64,000 bases of DNA from an uncultured bacterium (GTDB lineage Bacteria; Verrucomicrobiota; Verrucomicrobiia; Limisphaerales; UBA8199), in NCBI GenBank assembly GCA_963749495.1, contig CAVVMW010000030.1:179782-243781 (forward strand), read 5' to 3'. The translations under genes were made by a program, and so were the position numbers. Shown one piece after another: positions 59,616 through 64,000 of this stretch. A model generated the notes under the pieces. The model saw only the letters and a program-made list of their open reading frames with translations, was not told the DNA's origin and searched no databases. Position 1 is the first letter of the stretch. The number at the start of each line of letters is the position of its first letter.

Positions 59616-62600
59616 ACGGCCGCCAGCGCGGTCCACCAGCGCTGCGGCGCAAGCTGGCCGGCCAGGCCCGCGCTTGAAGCGTGTGTGCGTCTCGATGCGG
59701 TCCGGCTCGAAGTGTCCAGGCCCTCCACTCCATCGGCCAGGACAGGACCGGCGCTGAGAGGATGGCCAGGACCTGGCCCGGTCGTGCGCGACGGCCGCCA
59801 GCGCGGTCCACCGGGATTGCGGCGCAAGCTGGCCAGCCAGGCGCTCCGCTCAATCGGCCAGGACAGGCCCGGCGCTGAGAGCTGCGAGGATGGCCAGAAC
59901 CTGGCCCGGTCGTGCGCGACGGCCGCCAGCGCGGTCCACCGGCATTGCGGCGCAAGCTGGCCGGCCAGGCCCGCGCTCGAAGCGTGTGCGGCTCGATGCA
60001 GTCCGGCTGCAACTGTCCAGGCCCTCCGTTCAATCGCCCAGGGCAGGACCGGCGCTGAGAGGATGGCCAGGACCTGGCCCGGTCGTGCGCGATGGCCGCC
60101 AGCGAGATCCGCCCGCGCTCGAAGCACGTGTGCGCCTCGATGCGCTCCGGCTCGAAGTGGCCAATCCGGTCCACCGGCGTTGCGGCGCAAGCTGGCCGGC
60201 CAGGCCCGCGCTCGAAACGTGTGCGGCTCGATGCAGTCCGGCTGCAACTGTCCAGGCCCTCCGTTCAATCGCCCAGGGCAGGACCGGCGCTGAGAGGATG
60301 GCCAGGACCCGGCCCGGTCGTGCGCGACGGTCGCCAGCGAGATCCGCCCGCGCTCGAAGCACGTGTGCGCCTCGATGCGCTCCGGCTCGAAGTGGCCAGT
60401 CCGGTCCACCGGCCTTGCGGCGCAAGCTGGCCGGCCAGGCCCGCGCTCGAAGCGTGTGCGCCTCGATGCGTTCCGGCTCGAAGCGGCCAGGCCCTCCACT
60501 CAATCGCCCAAGGCAGGACCGGCGCTGAGATGGTCCGGGCCTGGTGCACCGCGGATTGCAGCCGGGCAAAACAGCGCGAAATATCCCACCATCTATCCAG
60601 GGGCAAGGCAAACGGACGCGTCCTAGGCCAAACCAAGCGGCAAGTTTTGAGGATGAAGCCCTGAAAACCGCAAAACACAAGCCAACCAAGGAAAACGCGC
60701 CAAGCATGGTGTTGCCGCGCCTCGATGCGGTCCGGCTCGAAGCGGCCAGGCCCTCCGCTCAGTCGCCCAGGGCAGGACCGGCGCTGAGAGTTGCGAGGAT
60801 GGCCAGGACCTGGCCCGACCGTGCGCGACGGCGGCCAGCTCCGGCCACCGGTGTTCCGGCGCAAGCTGGCCGGCCAGGCCCGCCCTCGAAGCGTGTGCGC
60901 CTCGATGCGTTCCGGCTCGAAGCGGCCAGGCCCTCCGCTCAATCGCCCAGGGCAGGACCGGCCTTGAGAGGATGGCCAGGACCTGGCCCGGTCGTGCGCG
61001 ACTGCCGCCAGCGAGATCCGCCCGCGCTCGAAGCACGTGTGCGCCTCGATGCGCTCCGGCTCGAAGTGGCCAGTCCGGTCCACCGGCATTGCGGCGCAAG
61101 CTGGCCGGCCAGGCCCGCGCTCGAAGCGTGTGCGCCTCGATGCGTTCCGGCTCGAAGCGGCCAGGCCCTCCGTTCAATCGGCCAGGGCAGGACCGGCGCT
61201 GAGAGGATGGCCAGGACCCGGCTCGGTCGTGCGCGACGGCCGCCGCGCTCGAAGCACGTGTGCGCCTCGATGCGCTCCGGCTCGAAGTGGCCAGTCCGGT
61301 CCACCGGCGTTGCGGCGCAAGCTGGCCGGCCAGGCCCGCGCTCGAAGCGTGTGCGCCTCGAGGCGTTCCGGCTCGAAGCGGCCAGGCCCTCCGTTCAATC
61401 GCCCAGGGCAGGACCGGCGCTGAGAGGATGGCCAGGACCTGGCCCGGTCGTGCGCGATGGCCGCCAGCGAGATCCGCCCGCGCTCGAAGCACGTGTGCGC
61501 CTCGATGCGCTCCGGCTCGAAGTGGCCAATCCGGTCCACCGGCGTTGCGGCGCAAGCTGGCCGGCCAGGCCCGCGCTCGAAACGTGTGCGGCTCGATGCA
61601 GTCCGGCTGCAACTGTCCAGGCCCTCCGTTCAATCGCCCAGGGCAGGACCGGCGCTGAGAGGATGGCCAGGACCCGGCCCGGTCGTGCGCGACGGTCGCC
61701 AGCGAGATCCGCCCGCGCTCGAAGCACGTGTGCGCCTCGATGCGCTCCGGCTCGAAGTGGCCAGTCCGGTCCACCGGCCTTGCGGCGCAAGCTGGCCGGC
61801 CAGGCCCGCGCTCGAAGCGTGTGCGCCTCGATGCGTTCCGGCTCGAAGCGGCCAGGCCCTCCGTTCAATCGGCCAGGGCAGGACCGGCGCTGAGAGGATG
61901 GCCAGGACCCGGCTCGGTCGTGCGCGACGGCCGCCGCGCTCGAAGCACGTGTGCGCCTCGATGCGCTCCGGCTCGAAGTGGCCAGTCCGGTCCACCGGCG
62001 TTGCGGCGCAAGCTGGCCGGCCAGGCCCGCGCTCGAAGCGTGTGCGCCTCGATGCAGTCCGGCTGCAACTGTCCAGGCCCTCCGTTCAATCGGCCAGGGC
62101 AGGACCGGCGCTGAGAGGATGGCCAGGACCCGGCCCGGTCGTGCGCGACGGCCGCCGCGCTCGAAGCACGTGTGCGCCTCGATGCGCTCCGGCTCGAAGT
62201 GGCCAGTCCGGTCCACCGGCGTTGCGGCGCAAGCTGGCCGGCCAGGCCCGCGCTCGAAGCGTGTGCGCCTCGATGCGTTCCGGCTCGAAGCGGCCAGGCC
62301 CTCCGTTCAATCGCCCAGGGCAGGACCGGCGCTGAGAGGATGGCCAGGACCTGGCCCGGTCGTGCGCGATGGCCGCCAGCGAGATCCGCCCGCGCTCGAA
62401 GCACGTGTGCGCCTCGATGCGCTCCGGCTCGAAGTGGCCAATCCGGTCCACCGGCGTTGCGGCGCAAGCTGGCCGGCCAGACCCGCGCTCGAAACGTGTG
62501 CGGCTCGATGCAGTCCGGCTGCAACTGTCCAGGCCCTCCGTTCAATCGCCCAGGGCAGGACCGGCGCTGAGAGGATGGCCAGGACCCGGCCCGGTCGTGC

Positions 62601-63835
62601 GCGACGGTCGCCAGCGAATCCGCCCGCGCTCGAAGCACGTGTGCGCCTCGATGCGCTCCGGCTCGAAGTGGCCAGTCCGGTCCACCGGCCTTGCGGCGCA
62701 AGCTGGCCGGCCAGGCCCGCGCTCGAAGCGTGTGCGCCTCGATGCGTTCCGGCTCGAAGCGGCCAGGCCCTCCACTCAATCGCCCAAGGCAGGACCGGCG
62801 CTGAGATGGTCCGGGCCTGGTGCACCGCGGATTGCAGCCGGGCAAAACAGCGCGAAATATCCCACCATCTATCCAGGGGCAAGGCAAACGGACGCGTCCT
62901 AGGCCAAACCAAGCGGCAAGTTTTGAGGATGAAGCCCTGAAAACCGCAAAACACAAGCCCACCAAGGAAAACGCGCCAAGCATGGTGTTGCCGCGCCTCG
63001 ATGCGGTCCGGCTCGAAGCGGCCAGGCCCTCCGCTCAGTCGCCCAGGGCAGGACCGGCGCTGAGAGTTGCGAGGATGGCCAGGACCTGGCCCGACCGTGC
63101 GCGACGGCGGCCAGCTCCGGCCACCGGTGTTCCGGCGCAAGCTGGCCGGCCAGGCCCGCGCTCGAAGCGTGTGCGCCTCGATGCGTTCCGGCTCGAAGCG
63201 GCCAGGCCCTCCGCTCAATCGCCCAGGGCAGGACCGGCCTTGAGAGGATGGCCAGGACCTGGCCCGGTCGTGCGCGACTGCCGCCAGCGAATCCGCCCGC
63301 GCTCGAAGCACGTGTGCGCCTCGATGCGCTCCGGCTCGAAGTGGCCAGTCCGGTCCACCGGCATTGCGGCGCAAGCTGGCCGGCCAGGCCCGCGCTCGAA
63401 GCGTGTGCGCCTCGATGCGTTCCGGCTCGAAGCGGCCAGGCCCTCCGTTCAATCGGCCAGGGCAGGACCGGCGCTGAGAGGATGGCCAGGACCCGGCTCG
63501 GTCATGCGCGACGGCCGCCGCGCTCGAAGCACGTGTGCGCCTCGATGCGCTCCGGCTCGAAGTGGCCAGTCCGGTCCACCGGCGTTGCGGCGCAAGCTGG
63601 CCGGCCAGGCCGGCGCTCGAACCGTGTGCCTCTCGATGCGAACCGGCTGCAACTGTCCAGGCCCTCCGCTCAATCGGCCAGGGCAGGACCGGCGCTGAGA
63701 GGATGGCCAGGACCTGGCCCGGTCGTGCGCGACGGCCGCCAGCAAGCGACACCGGCTTTCTGGCGCAACGTGGCCGGCCAGGCCCGCGCTCGAACGGCGA
63801 GCGCCTCGATGGCAGTCCGGCTGGACACGTCCAGG
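59616..63835. repeat. Tandem array 2: mostly 221/235-bp units related to array 1, interrupted by two copies of a 186-bp spacer
   Basis: GATGGCCAG anchors (ATG) at 59762, 59890, 60063, 60298, 60799, 60972, 61207, 61428, 61663, 61898, 62119, 62340, 62575, 63075, 63248, 63482 and 63703; spacers at 60531-60716 and 62807-62992. Confidence 0.95.
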
Positions 63836-64000
63836 CATTGGCACACGTCCAGACGTTTGGACGGGACTGGACGGGACAAACGATTTAGAAGGACTTGGCA
63901 CGGGCTGTGAGGCTTTTCCAGGGGACTAACGGAGTTTCGTCAACAGGGCACGCATAAAACATGGCAATACCCAACATTTTCTTAGCAAACCCTCACCGCA

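Larger units (their letters stand above)
43967..64000. mobile_element. ssrA-integrated element (genomic island/satellite-like); right end not seen in the window
   Basis: Integrase about 60 bp after the ssrA 3' end; Xis-like, Rep-like and RadC genes; weaker third-position GC bias than host genes; no host REP or heptamer repeats. Confidence 0.85.

Noticed and set aside
46692..63835. CRISPR interpretation of the arrays
   Set aside because: The segments between constant blocks are a few recurring alleles rather than unique spacers, the period is too long, and no cas genes are present in the window.
59184..63910. ORFs across array 2
   Set aside because: Same reasoning: 221 and 235 are not multiples of 3, and the translations are low-complexity R/A/P/G.
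43967..64000. attR direct repeat of the ssrA 3' end
   Set aside because: I did not find a second GGTTCAACTCCCGCCGCCTCCACCA by eye. The right boundary probably lies beyond the window, so it is not annotated.

Overview
High-GC bacterial DNA whose gene style suggests Verrucomicrobiota (inferred from the pseudopilin cassette, intergenic palindromes and heptamer microsatellites). Positions 1-43.5 kb are host chromosome: mog, moaC, panB, a BrnT/BrnA-type TA pair, a six-gene pseudopilin/type IV pilin cassette followed by a 3227-aa S8 protease, carbohydrate-active and hypothetical genes, nikR, fba, pilC/gspF, a porin, a Phd/PIN TA pair, hydrolases and purF. Several genes are split by single-base indels that are probably sequencing errors. 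tmRNA (ssrA) lies at 43610-43966, and immediately downstream an integrative element runs to the window end. It carries a tyrosine integrase, a WELLRRNP-motif ORF, three Xis/AlpA-like HTH genes, an HTH replication-initiator-like gene with iterons and an RHH-RadC fusion. The most unusual feature is a pair of related, apparently non-coding, satellite-like tandem arrays. Array 1 is about 6.7 kb with 43 units of mostly 152-153 bp showing higher-order periodicity. Array 2 is about 4.2 kb with mostly 221/235-bp units. Both arrays are bracketed by the imperfect palindrome GTCCAAACGTCTGGAC or a close variant, and a fifth copy sits at the 5' end of the replication-like gene. All family assignments are by eye from motifs; no searches were run.
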